A stretch of DNA of 64,000 nt, taken from assembly GCF_035594765.1 (NCBI RefSeq), contig NW_026943818.1:19790724-19854723 (forward strand). Direction: 5' to 3'. Positions 1 through 11,853 of the stretch are shown here, one piece after another (position 1 is the first letter of the stretch; the number at the start of each line of letters is the position of its first letter). Source of the DNA: Anolis carolinensis. Lineage: Eukaryota. The notes beneath the pieces are model-generated. The model was given only the letters and a program-made list of their open reading frames with translations. It did not search any database and was not told where the DNA came from. The translations under genes and the position numbers were made by a program.

Positions 1-89
1 TCCAACATATATATCTCGTTTGCTGTGTCTTTGTGTCAATAATAATAAGAGGTGACAATTATCTACTAGTAAAATAATATCAGATATTA

Positions 90-144
<55 letters not shown>

Positions 145-197
145 GTGTTTGGCATGGAGATTGCATAATAATATTAATAGTCTTTCTCTTTCCATAG

Positions 198-263
198 AAT
201 ATGGCGGCCGACAAAAGCCAGGAGTGGTTTGCAAAGCACAACATCCCAAAACCTTCTGCCTAA
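198..263 (+). CDS. GLOD4: Glyoxalase domain-containing protein 4, last coding exon (rest of gene lies upstream of the window)
   Basis: Acceptor tctttctctttccatag|; translates NMAADKSQEWFAKHNIPKPSA*, matching the recalled human C-terminus [27 protein letters not shown] at 418-423. The GLOD4-GEMIN4-FAM57A order matches human 17p13.3. Confidence 0.9.
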   Translation, partial: NMAADKSQEWFAKHNIPKPSA

Positions 264-926
264 AAGGAAAAGCAATGTGTCACTGCTTGAAAATACATTC
301 CAACTGATGTCTTTCATCTCAAATGCAAGTGCATTTCGACATCTTCAGAGTCATATATTCTCAATCTGCCAAATCAATGTAATGCCTTGGGTTTCATTCT
401 GTGTTTCTTCTCCCCCAAATAAATATAGTTTCCCGTGAAGAAAAAATATTATTTAATTCTNNNNNNNNNNNNNNNNNNNNNNNNNNNNNNNNNNNNNNNN
501 NNNNNNNNNNNNNNNNNNNNNNNNNNNNNNNNNNNNNNNNNNNNNNNNNNNNNNNNNNNNNNNNNNNNNNNNNNNNNNNNNNNNNNNNNNNNNNNNNNNN
601 NNNNNNNNNNNNNNNNNNNNNNNNNNNNNNNNNNNNNNNNNNNNNNNNNNNNNNNNNNGAGGTTTTATTTCTCTCCCGCCCTGTCTCCCCGGTAGGGACT
701 CAGGGCAGCTTACAACATATAGAGGGGCAAACATTCAATGCCGTATAAAAATATTAAATAACATAAACCAAAAGATAGAACCCAATTTACATTTACACAT
801 TATGGGTCATCTCTGTGGCCTAAGAGGAATGCTGTGACACTCAGGGCCCTTCCACAATGCCCCTATATCCCAGGAACTGATTCCATATTATCTGTAACAT
901 AATATGATATTATAATAATAATTATA

Positions 927-1232
927 CAATAGAGTCTCACTTATCCAACACTCGCTTATCCAACGCATTTTTATAGTCAATGTTTTCAATACATCGTGAT
1001 ATTTTGGTGCCAAGTTCGTAAATACAGTAATTTCTACATAGCATTACTGTGTATTGAACTACTTTTTCTGCCAAATTTGTTGTCTAACATCATGTTTTGG
1101 TGCTTAATTTATAAAAGCATAACCTAATTTGATGTTTAATAGGCTTTTCCTTAATCCCTCCTTATTATCCAACATATTCGCTTATCCAACGTTCTGCCGG
1201 CCCGTTTATGTTGGATAAGTGAGACTCTACTG
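927..1232. mobile_element. Tc1/mariner (Tigger/pogo-like) MITE, first of about 20 copies in the window
   Basis: TIR CAGTAGAGTCTCACTTATCCAA, mostly with TA TSD, about 300-325 bp. Other copies: 2652-2955, 3180-3469, 4783-5105, 5757-6067, 12043-12365, 20517-20843, 22139-22856 (interrupted), 36278-36602, 37528-37820, 42153-42480, 42977-43299, 43422-43734, 44673-44995, 45677-45998, 48366-48677, 52093-52415, 53309-53631, 58621-59001, 59323-59630. Confidence 0.88.
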
Positions 1233-2111
1233 CATTACAATTATACATTTTTGTTATTTAAAATATACATATTGCAAAATTATGTTGTTGTTTTTTCTCG
1301 AAGTGACACACCATCCAAGCCATGCTAGGGTTTTTGGGTGAATTTTGACACACCAAGCGCAAAAGCTTGCCCATCATTGTCTTAGGCCATAAGAATAACA
1401 ACAGCCGCCTTTCAATGCACTGCAAGGCCCATCATCCTGAACTAGAAAAGTGCTTGTTGCCCTACAACCCAATGATGATTCCCTGTCTCTCTGTCTAGAT
1501 CCATCCTAGCTCCCCATTGGTGGCCCTGGTGATGGCACGATGGGACCTGGGAGTCCCTGAAAGCAGCACAGATAGACCAAGACACTCCGGGCTTCCTTCC
1601 TCCCTCAAAGAGTGGGGTTTAATGTCCGGAAGCAGGAGACGTGGGCCTCACTCGTCCACCACTACAGCCGTGTTCCTTGGCCCTTCCGTCTTCCTTCCGG
1701 AGCCGGACTGCAAGGCCCATGATGCTCTCATTGGTGGCTCCAGGGGAGGGGCTTGCGGAGGTGGAGGCGAAGGCAGGCAGTGAGCAGGGCCCCCTCTTTG
1801 CGCCCCGAGCAGAGCGAGCGCCGGGAGATCAGGAGGGGGCCCGGGCGGAAGGGGCGGTCCCTGTAGAAGGAAGAATTATCGTTATCATTCTCATTGGAGA
1901 AGAATTATATTATCACTATAATCATTTGTACATAACAATACAGCACACACATTAGCCCCAAGTGTTTGGGATTCGTCTCTGAATATCATCATCACGATTG
2001 TCATTGTTGTTATCATCATTATTATTATTATTACATTTATTGTCACTGAAGAAGAATCACATTATTATTATTATTATAATTCATCCTATTATTATTGTAT
2101 TATATAATATA

Positions 2112-2562
2112 CTAGCTGTGCCCGGCCACGCGTTGCTGTGGCGAAGTATGGTGGAGTCCAGATAATCCAGTTAAAGCAGATAATATAAGATTATAAATGG
2201 GTTATATAGCTGTGTGGAAGGGCCTTGAGTCTACACTGCCATCTAATCCAATTAAAATCTGATAATCTGTATTTTATAGGCAGTGTGGAAGAGGCCTAAG
2301 TGAGGCCTAACTCTGCCTGTCCCCTGGGTGAGTGGGTTGCTAGGAGACCAAGTGGGCGGAGCTTAGCCTTCTAACTGGCAGCAATTGGATAAAAACAATT
2401 ATTCCTCTCCCTCCAATTAGGACTTTATTTTTCTTTTCTTTTTGTTGTATCAACCTAGAGGCGTGGATGATGGGCTGTGTTGTCAATTTTCGAGGTTGTG
2501 GGGTGTTTAGTTTTGTTGTTTTGGTGGTCGCCAGGATTCCATCACTCTTTTATATATATAGA
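2112..2562 (-). mobile_element. Non-autonomous Helitron
   Basis: Minus strand: 5' TCTATATATATAAAA, 3' hairpin GCCACAGCAACGCGTGGC then CTAG, inserted at A|T. Confidence 0.8.
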
Positions 2563-3599
2563 TATATAGTTTTATATTTTATATATTATATGATTATAAA
2601 TATTATAATTACTTAATTATATATTATATTTTACATGTAATATTACGAATACAGTACTCACTTATCCAACGTTCTGGATTATCCAACGCATTTTTGTAGT
2701 CAATGTTTTCAATATATCGTGATATTTTGGTGCTAAATTCATAAATACAGTAATTACTACATAGCATTACTGCGTATTGAACTACTTTTCCTGCCAAATT
2801 TGTTGTTTAACATGTTGTTTTGGTGCTTAATTTGTAAAATCATAACCTAATTTGATGTTTAATAGGCTTTTCCTTAATGCCTCCTTATTATCCAACATAT
2901 TCGCTTATCCAACATTCTGCCGGCCCGTTTATGTTGGATAAGTGAGACTCTACTGTATATATAATATATATATTATATAGTTTTATATTTTATATATTAT
3001 ATTATATAATTATAAATATTATAATTAATTATATATTATATTTTACATGTAATATTACTAATAATATTACAATACATTGATATAGTACAATATAGTAATT
3101 TATTGCCAGTACTGTACTATGCTAATCATATAATATTGTATCTAAATTTCATTTGTAATAATAATCATAACATAAGGTACAGTAGAGTCTCACTTATCCA
3201 ACATAAACGGACCGGTAGAATGTTGGATAAGTATATATGTTGGATAATGAGAGATTAAGAAAAAGCCTATTAGGTTATGATTTTACAAATTAAGCACCAA
3301 AACATCATGTTATACAACAAATTTGACAGAAAAAGTAGTTCATTACACATTAATGCTATGTAGTAATTACTGTATTTACGAATTTAGCACCAAAATATCA
3401 TATATTGAAAATATTGACTACAAAAATGCGTTGGATAATCCAGAATGTTGGATAAGCGAGACTCTACTGTAATAGAAAATAATATATAAATAATAATAAT
3501 AATAGAAAAATCCCTGCTGGGATGAAGAATATTTTGAATAATAATCATAATCATAACACAAGGTAATAATGAATAATCCAAAGACGAATCTGCGAATAC

Positions 3600-3960
3600 C
3601 AACCATGCGACATAGGCGGGGAGGGGCGGGGCGCGCGCGCGGCGGGGAGCCGTGTCGCGGAGGAGGCGGCAGAGGAAGCTCTTCCGGCGGAACCTCGCTT
3701 TGCGGAGCCCCGTCTCGGCGCCGGAAGAAGGGCAAGAGGGGGAGAAAGGGAGAGAGGGCGGAAGTGTGGCGCGCGCCTTCTGCCACCGCTGCCGCCGCAG
3801 CTACCAAGGGAAAGGGTCCCATCCGGGGCTTTTGTGGCGCGCGGGCTGAGCGCACAATGCCCGCCTCCTCCTCAAGCCCCGCCCCCGGAAGAGGGGAAGC
3901 AGAGAGGCAGCCATGCAGCTCGGTGGGTGGGAGACGTAGTGCGCCAAGGGCCACAAAGTT
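3600..3960. promoter_or_regulatory. CpG-island promoter of GEMIN4 (possibly bidirectional)
   Basis: Very GC/CpG-rich; GC boxes (GGGGCGGGG) and several ETS-type CCGGAAG/CTTCCGG sites directly upstream of the ATG at 3913. Confidence 0.8.
3913..3922 (+). CDS. GEMIN4: Gem-associated protein 4, exon 1 (MQL-G); full model 3913-3922, 6517-9074, 11025-11627 = 1056 aa
   Basis: gccATGCAGCTCG|gtgggt. The phase-1 join to exon 2 gives MQLGPLTICGEVTILHGG, similar to human MDLGPLNICEEMTILHGG. Confidence 0.85.
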
Positions 3961-4087
3961 TGAAAGAACTATATTATTATTATTGTTGTTGTTATTAATA
4001 TTCTTATTTCCTTTTCAAATAATTCATTATTTAATTCGTTCTTATTGTATTTATTCTGTTTTGTATAACGTTGTGATGCATATTTAT

Positions 4088-4531
4088 AGGGTTGCTGTGA
4101 GTGTTCCTGGCTGTCTGGCCCATGTTCCAGAAGCATTCTCTCCTGACCTTTCGCCCACATCTATGGCAGGCATCTTCAAAGGTTGTGAGGTCTGTTGGAA
4201 ACTAGGCAAGTGGGGTTTATATACCTGTCGAATAATGTCCAGGTTTGCTGTGAGTTCTCCGGGCTGTCTGGAATGAATAATAATATTAATCGAAGATGTT
4301 CAGTTGCAACATTCACATTTGCCTCAAACAGACAAGAGTTCTTTCTCCCACCCTGGACATCATTCCGCAGATCTATAAACCCCACTTGCCTAGTTTCCAA
4401 CAGACCTCACTATCTCAGGATGCCTGCCCTAGATGTGGGCAAAACATCAGGAGAGAATGCTTCTGGAACATGGCCAGATAGCCCGGAAAACTCACAGCAA
4501 CCCAATGATTCCAGCCATGAAAGCCTTCGAC
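4088..4531. mobile_element. Penelope-like element pLTR fragments in inverted arrangement
   Basis: 4088-4245 is the reverse complement of about 4350-4505; both carry degenerate hammerhead cores. Other copies near 22365, 33655, 37843, 55940 and 58260. Confidence 0.8.
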
Positions 4532-4547
4532 AACATCATCATCATCA

Positions 4548-4587
<40 letters not shown>

Positions 4588-6379
4588 GTATTGTGATGGT
4601 AATTTTGCAGCCAAGAATTTGGTTCTCAAAAGGATGGCAACAATGATAAGAATGATGATGATAATAATAATATAATGACAAACAAATGGTTGTCAGGGTT
4701 TTTTTTTCATGTTAGGAGGTATAACAATAATAATAAGGTGGCTATGTTGCCGTTAAGAAATTGGTCCTCAAAACGATAATTGCAGTAGAGTCTCACTTAT
4801 CCAACATAAACGGGCGAGCAGAAGCTTGGATAAGTGAATATCTTGGATAATAAGGAGGGATTAAGGAAAAGCCTATTAAACATCAAATTAGGTTATGATT
4901 TTACAAATTAAGCACTAAAACATCATGTTATACAACAAATTTGACAGAAAAAGTAGTTCAATACACAGTACTTTTATGTTGCAATTACTGTATTTACGAA
5001 TTTAGCACCAAAATATCACGATATATTGAAAACATTGACTGCAAAAATGGCTTGGATAATCCAGAACCTTGGATAAGCGAGGCTTGGATAAGTCAGACTC
5101 TACTGTATTATTATTATTATGTATTGGGATGGTAATTTTGCAGCTAAAAATTTGGTTCTCAAAAGGATGGCAACAATGATAAGAATGATGATGATAATAA
5201 TAATAATATAATGACAAACAAATGGTTGTCAGGGTTTTTTTCATCTCAGGAGGTATAACAATAATAATAATAATAAGGTATGATGATGGCGATGTTGCCG
5301 CTAAGAAATTGATCCTCAAAATGATAATAAAATATTGTCATCTTTGTGGCATTGAGAGTAATGTTGTGAGTCTCAGTCAAGAGATAAATAAGTTGGATAT
5401 TATTATTATTAATCTTTATTTCAGAAGAGGAAAGTTATCAAGTGACAAAAAGGATATTATTGGTTATCATTCTGACATAAAGAGGAATGTAGTGAGTCTC
5501 AAGAGATAAAAGCTGGATATTACCATAATATATAAAGTAATAATATATAAATATGTATTATATATATTAATATATATAATGTAGTATTTATGTAGATATA
5601 TGCAATTTAGATTGCTGTGATATGAAATGATCATCTTTACAATTTCTATATTTTATATTTATAAATTATATGTTATTAACATATATAACATAATTTATAA
5701 ATATATAATAGAGAAGTTGTAGATGACAATCATTTCATTTCACTGCAATGTAAGTACAGTAGAGTCTCACTTATCCAAGTTTCTGGATTATCCAACACAT
5801 TTTTGTAGTCAATGTTTTCAATATATCATGATATTTTGGTGCTAAATTCGTAAATACTGTACAGTAATTACAACATAACATTACTGCGTATTGAACTACT
5901 TTATCTGTCAAATTTGTTGTATAACATGATGTTTTGGTGCTTAATTTGTAAAATCATAACCTAATTTGATGTTTAATAGGCTTTTCCTTAATTCCTCCTT
6001 ATTATCCAAGATATTCACTTATCCAAGCCTCTGCCGGCCTGTTTAGCTTGCATAAGTGAGACTACTGTATATGACATTGTTTATAACTTGGGTGCCAATA
6101 TTTCAATTAAGTTTCGCTTTCTCAATATTGGCATAAATAATAAATACAGTGTGTATAAAAAGACCTTCATACTGTGACTAAGGAGTATATGAAACCTAAA
6201 TAAATTCTGTGTCTGGATTCCCAAGATATCTTGTTATGTGAATGGAAATACAGGCACTCCCCAAGTTACGAACAAGATCGGTTCTGTAGGTTTATTCTTA
6301 AGTTGAATTTGTTTGTTAGTCGGAACGGGGACATTTCTTAAGTGTAACTCGGGGAGATGGTGGCGGGGTATATATAAAG

Positions 6380-6411
<32 letters not shown>

Positions 6412-6516
6412 ATTTAGCTTTGGATAGCATAGGGAAGAGTTAATACCCCTGTAGTTCAGATCAGGGCCAAGTAGCCCCTTTCTCTTGAACTGAATGGTCC
6501 GTCTCTTTCCAAACAG

Positions 6517-9074
6517 GGCCGCTGACCATCTGCGGAGAAGTGACCATCCTGCACGGCGGGTTCCTGCTGGCCTCCCAGCTGTGCCACCCACGGCCCTTGT
6601 CCGAATTGGCCAAGTCTGACTGGCCCTTGGTGGGGAAGCCCATCATGGAGGCGCTGGAGGAAATCTGCACCTCCCACTCTTCTTATCCGCCGCAGCCGGA
6701 CGCCTGGAAGAAGAAAGCGGCCATCATCCTTTGGTCCAAGGTGCTGTTCTCCGAAGCCCCGGCGGTGTCCCTGAACCAGAGGTGGAAGGACGATGCCTTC
6801 TTTTCTGTGAGCAACATGATCCCGGAGATCAACCGTACTGTGCTTTTCGAGCTCTTCATGGCGGCCAACGCGCCCCAGCTTTTCACCGAACTCCTCCTGG
6901 TTCTGCCGGAGCCGCTTTGCCGGAGGGAGCTGGAGGCTCTGGTGGAATATGTGGCCAAGGAGACCTCTCAGCGTGACGTCCGTTTCTACTTAGACGTGTG
7001 GTGGGAGATCATGAAGCACAAGGCCGGCCAGGAAGACCGGCTGACATTGCTCTTCCGCAGCGTCTCCCATCAGTGTCTCCCAGAGCCAGACGACGTGGGT
7101 CAACCACCAAAGCGCTTCAAGAGCGATGGCCCTCCATCGGCGCATTCTTCCCCCGAGACGAGTGTCCTTCCCATCTTGGCAGACGGTTTGAAGCTGATCT
7201 GGAGGAGTGTCAGTCCAGCGAAGATGAAGTGTTACGCTCTCGCCAACCTCTTGGATGTTTTGTCCATATCGATTGCGGCGTGCGACGCGGATTCGTTACC
7301 CATCCAGACTTACTTAGTGAAGGTCTCTTCAGTGGTGACCCTTTGGAGCAACGACTGTGACAACTGTTATGGCAAAACGGAGCTGGACGAGAAGGTGAAG
7401 GAGGCCGAACGGAGTGTGAGTTTGCTCAGTGTGGCTCAGGCGTCCAAAGCGTTGTTGCTCGTAGATTTGGGTTTTCTCCGGACTTTGTTGGAAGAGTGGT
7501 CTCCGGAGCTTCAGGGTTTCCTCAACGATCCGGAACACGTCTGCTACGAAAGCTATCGGCTCCTCGATTGCTTGGCTTTGTTGGAGAAGCGGCTGGCGAG
7601 GTACGCTGAGTCCGGTGACTTAGAGGAGGAGACGGCCAAGGCCATGGTGGGCCTCTCCACGCTCGTGGCGGACTTCCTGAAGAGCATCAGCCTCAAGCCG
7701 TGTAGCAAGGAGTGCAAAATGGACATTGTGGCCTCCGTAGCCATGGTCATCATCAACAAGCGGATGGACCGCCACGCGGAGGTGTGCTCCGTGTTTGCAG
7801 CAGAGAAGGACTGGGCGCTCACCGAAGGCTGGGCTGCCTGCCTTGAGAAGAATAAGGAGCTCTTCAGGGAACCGGGGACTATCCTCAAATTGGTGCAAAC
7901 TTTGGCCGACGGCAGCAAAGATGCCAAAAGCCAGGGACAGGCCGCCAGAGTGGCCAAAGTCATCCTCGAGTGTTACACAGCGCTCCCATTGACCGATCAG
8001 AACAAAGTCATTTCGGGCGTCTTGGCAACGTGGGGCCGGAAGGGCCTTTCTGGGGCATCGCCGGCCTTCTCGGAGGGCTTCCAAGAGGAACTCAACGTCG
8101 CCTTCAACCAGATCATCCAAAGCGTGTCTGGAGAAGGCTTCCAAAGGGTTGTCGCCGCCGTGTCTCGGCTGGTGGCGCTTAACCCGGAAGCGACCATCAA
8201 GAAGATCTACAACTTGGTGGTGTCCAATTTAGGAACACATCTGTTCTTGGCGGAGATCTTATGTTGCTTCCCAGCCCTGAGGTTCCAAGAGGTTCAGGAT
8301 TCGATGGACCTCTCCGTGACCCTGCTGTTAGCATGTTTGCGAGAGACAGTCTTTGACCGGCTGGTGTGTGCCAAGGAAAAGGAGCAGTTCTTAGAGTTCC
8401 TGGGTTACCTCCTGCAGCCCAACGGGGCCAACCCGCTCTTCTCCCCGGCCGAAGTGACCCAGAGCCTGGTCCTCCCGTTCCTGAAGTCGGACTCTCCGTG
8501 CGTTGAGCTCTGCTTGCGGATCCTCGACCAGGCCCTGAAGGTGCCTTCGGAGCCAGACTGGATCCACGCCTGCCACCCGTTCCCGCTCGTCCTCTCCCTT
8601 TGCAAGTTCCTCGACGGCTTTGCGCAGTATTGGCACGAACCGGAAGGCCGCCACACTTGTTCCTTCGAGACCAAAGACTTGGTGGCCGCCAACTTGGCCC
8701 GGCTGTGCGATGCCCTCTCGGCCCAAAAGGACTCTCTTTCTCCAGCGCTGTGGGACCAGTCTGTGTCTTGGCTCCACAGAAAGGCCGGGGCCTTGGACTG
8801 GACCATCGGCCTACGACTGGAGAGCGTCTACGGGGAGCACTTCAAGAAGGAGGTCCCCTCCACGCTCTTCGAGGTCTGCAAGCTGCCTGAGGAGGAGTGG
8901 ACCTCCCGCTCGGATGGACAGTACGGGGCAGGCAGCGGCCTCCTGGCCTGGATGGAGTGCTGCTGCGTCTCCACTGCTTTGAGAGAGAAGATGCTGGTGC
9001 TTCTCACCGTCAACATTGACAACCCCGAGGAGGTCAACCTCTTCAGCAAGGGCTTCTTGGTGGCCCTTGTCCAG
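6517..9074 (+). CDS. GEMIN4: Gem-associated protein 4, exon 2
   Basis: Acceptor ctctttccaaacag|; long ORF TILHGGFLLASQL...WKKKA...LDVWWEIMKHK...GLLAWMECCCVS...FSKGFLVALVQ; donor cag|gtacga. Confidence 0.96.
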
Positions 9075-9450
9075 GTACGACACTTAGGCAGTAAGGAATA
9101 TACAAGGATGGGTGACACAATTAGGGAAAATAGTCCTAGGGGTCTTAGCAGACCACAAGCTGAAATGTGAGCCAACATTGTGATGTTTTGCTTTTTTTGG
9201 CACATGTGCCTTGTGTAAACCGCCCAAGTCCGTTTGGGGAGATGATAACAGGATACAAGAATAAAGTTGTTAATATTATTATTGTTCAGCAGAGGAATGT
9301 GCTGCCTTCTGGTGGAATTTCCTAGGGAGGTTTTTAAGCAGAGACTGGATGGTGATGGCCATCTGTCAGGAGGGCTTTGATGATACTTTCCTGCCTGGCA
9401 GATGGGTGTTGAGCTGGATGGCCCTTGGTGTCTTTTCCAACTCTAGGATT
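9075..9450 (+). mobile_element. Degenerate CR1 LINE remnant (ORF2 C-terminal part and 3' end)
   Basis: Reads VRHLGSK..RMGDT..LGVLADHKL..VSQHCD (compare CR1 KVLHLG..RMGDT..LGVLVDHKLNMSQQCD); CR1-type 3' end ttttaagcagagactggatgg...cttttccaactctaggatt. Confidence 0.75.
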
Positions 9451-9496
9451 AAATAATAATAATAATAATAGTAATGACAATCTTTGATAATATATA

Positions 9497-9738
9497 TCTA
9501 TATATATAAAAGGGTAATGAAATTCCGGCCTAGGACAAAACAACAAAACTACACATCCCATAAACACTAAACTTGGCAGCACAACCCCTCATCCATGCCT
9601 CTACGTTCATACAACAAAAAGCTCCTGCTACTCCAGAAAACGGCCAGGCTTGGAGACTGCAAGGCTATTCACTGCTATTCTACCTGGCCAACAAAGGATT
9701 CCCATAAGCCACAGCAACGTGTGGCCGGGAAAAGCTAG
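9497..9738 (+). mobile_element. Non-autonomous Helitron
   Basis: TC...hairpin...CTAG|T. Confidence 0.78.
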
Positions 9739-10243
9739 TGTGTGTGTATATATATATATAAATAAATTTTCTGACCATTTCTTACTTAAAGTAAACAGCA
9801 AAACTAAACACCCAAAACCCACGAAACTTGGCCACAAAAGACATGGTCATCCCAGCTGTGTTTAGACATCAAAAACAAGAAAAATAAAGTCCTAATTAGA
9901 GGGAGAGGAATAACTTTTTTTCCATTGCTGCCAGTTAGAAGGCTAAGCTCCTAGCAACCCACTCAGCCATTTAATGGCGCCCAGGGCCTCTTCAATCAGG
10001 CCTAATCCACACTGCCTATAAAATACAGATTATCTTATTTGAACTGGATGATATGGCAGTGTAGACTCAAGGCCCTTCCACACAGCTATATTACCCATTT
10101 ATAATCTTATATTATCTGCTTTGAACTGGATTATACTATCTTTGATAATAATTATGATGATGATGATGATGATGGAGTGTCTCCTGGAGGCTTTTAAGCA
10201 GAGTCTGGATGGACATCTGTTTACAAGTTCTCTGATTCTATGA

Positions 10244-10927
10244 CAGGGGTCCCCAAACTAAGGCCCGGGGGCCGGATGTGGCCCTCCAAGGTCATTTACC
10301 TGGCCCCCACCCTCATTTATAATATAATATTTTTATATCCATTTTACTAATATAATATATTGTATATACATATTATATTGATAATAATATTATTTTATAC
10401 AATATAATATTAATACCATATAATATTAATTATATGTTATATATTACATATAATATTACAGTATAGTGATATAGTTCACTATAGTAATATATAATGCTAA
10501 TATTGTCCTATGCTAATAATATAATATACTGTATGTACATACAGCTGCTCTGAGTTCCCTTCGGGGTGAAAAGGGTGGAATATACATGTAGTAAATAAAT
10601 GTAGTAAATGAATAAATAAATAAAGCCCAAAGTCTGAAATGACTTGAAGACAAACAACAACAAGAATCCTAATTAACCTGACTATCTCATTGGCCAGAAG
10701 CAGGCCCACACTTCCTATTGAAATCCTGATAGGTTTATGTTGGTTAAAATTATTTTCATTTTAAAATATTGTATTGTTCTTTCATTGTTATTGTTGTTGT
10801 TTTGCACTACTACGGTAATAAGATATGTGCAGTGTGCATAGTAATTTTTTTTCCCCAAATGATAATTCGGCCCCTCAACTGAAGGATTGTGGACCGGCCC
10901 TCTGCTTTAAAAGTTTGAGGACCCCTG
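10244..10927. mobile_element. Non-autonomous hAT transposon
   Basis: TIRs CAGGGGTCCCCAAACT...AGTTTGAGGACCCCTG; 8-bp TSD TTCTATGA. Confidence 0.9.
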
Positions 10928-11024
10928 TTCTATGAAGTAATGAGCTGGATGGCCATCTGGCGGGAGGGATCAGATGGAGGAAGACACCATGGGTTTACAA
11001 CATCCTGTGGTTCTGTGATTCCAG

Positions 11025-11627
11025 GTCTTCCCGTGGTGCAGCCAGAGCGAGTGGAGGCACCTCATCCACGTCATCAAGAGCCTTTTGGAGCGAGAGGTCC
11101 TCTACGTGCCCTATTCCCTGGAATACGTCCCGTTCCTCCCGCTGCTCGACTTCCGCCCCTTCGCCTTCCACCTCCAGCTCTCGGTGCTGCTCCTGAGAGC
11201 CTTCCAGTTCCTGTGCGGCTCCAGCGGTGCGGGCTGGATGCCCTCGGTGGCCTGGAAGCACCTGTCCCGACTCTACTGCCTGAGCATCTCTGACTTGCTG
11301 GGCTCCGCGAAGGAGGTGGCGCGGGGCACGTGGCGCACGGAAGACCCGCGGAACGGCGTGCGGCGGGAGCTGTCCTTCACCTACATCCAGATCTTCTGCC
11401 ACGTCCTGCACGTGGCGGCCATGCTGCCCGAGGAGGCCACGGCGGAGGCCCTGCTCGTCCTCTCCTTGGAGGTCCTCTCGCAGTACGAGGTCCTCTACGA
11501 GGCCGACGAGTCGCTGGGCAGCTCCCTCCGGAAGGCCAACGAGAGGCACTTTTTGGAGTCCATCGCGGAGAACGTTACCAACAAGGAGGTCCGTACCATG
11601 CTCCTCCAGAAGCTGCGCAAACTATGA
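11025..11627 (+). CDS. GEMIN4: Gem-associated protein 4, exon 3 (terminal)
   Basis: Acceptor ttctgtgattccag|, phase 0; VFPWCSQSEW...VPYSLEY...LLQKLRKL*, which continues the human sequence VMPWCSPQEW. AATAAA at 11738-11743. Confidence 0.95.
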   Translation, partial: VFPWCSQSEWRHLIHVIKSLLEREVLYVPYSLEYVPFLPLLDFRPFAFHLQLSVLLLRAFQFLCGSSGAGWMPSVAWKHLSRLYCLSISDLLGSAKEVARGTWRTEDPRNGVRRELSFTYIQIFCHVLHVAAMLPEEATAEALLVLSLEVLSQYEVLYEADESLGSSLRKANERHFLESIAENVTNKEVRTMLLQKLRKL

Positions 11628-11853
11628 AAGCAAGCGGAGGAAGGTTGTGAATCAAAACTCCGTAAACGCGGAATTGGCCCGTTCCTCACCAGCGAGGACT
11701 TCGTTTTGATTGTCGTCGGGGAAGCTGGGAGATCTCTAATAAACATCTCTTTTTTTCCACTCGTTTCCTTTTTTGTATTATTGCTGATATTTCTATTCTC
11801 TTGAAATGCTAAAAAATAATCCACCCTTTCGGATGGTTTTATACTCCCTAGGC

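Noticed and set aside
401-748. ORFs spanning N runs (also at 29.9-30.9 kb and 62.5-63.8 kb)
   Set aside because: Artefacts of assembly gaps and microsatellites.
1500-3600. DBIL5/ACBP ortholog expected from mammalian synteny
   Set aside because: No acyl-CoA-binding-like translation was found in the unique sequence of this interval.
6540-9170. 876-aa ORF as a complete single-exon gene
   Set aside because: The start codon is in exon 1 at 3913, the last 31 codons are intronic CR1 sequence, and GEMIN4 similarity resumes at 11025.
6683-11549. Antisense and alternative-frame ORFs over GEMIN4
   Set aside because: Expected by-products of GC-rich coding sequence; no recognisable proteins.
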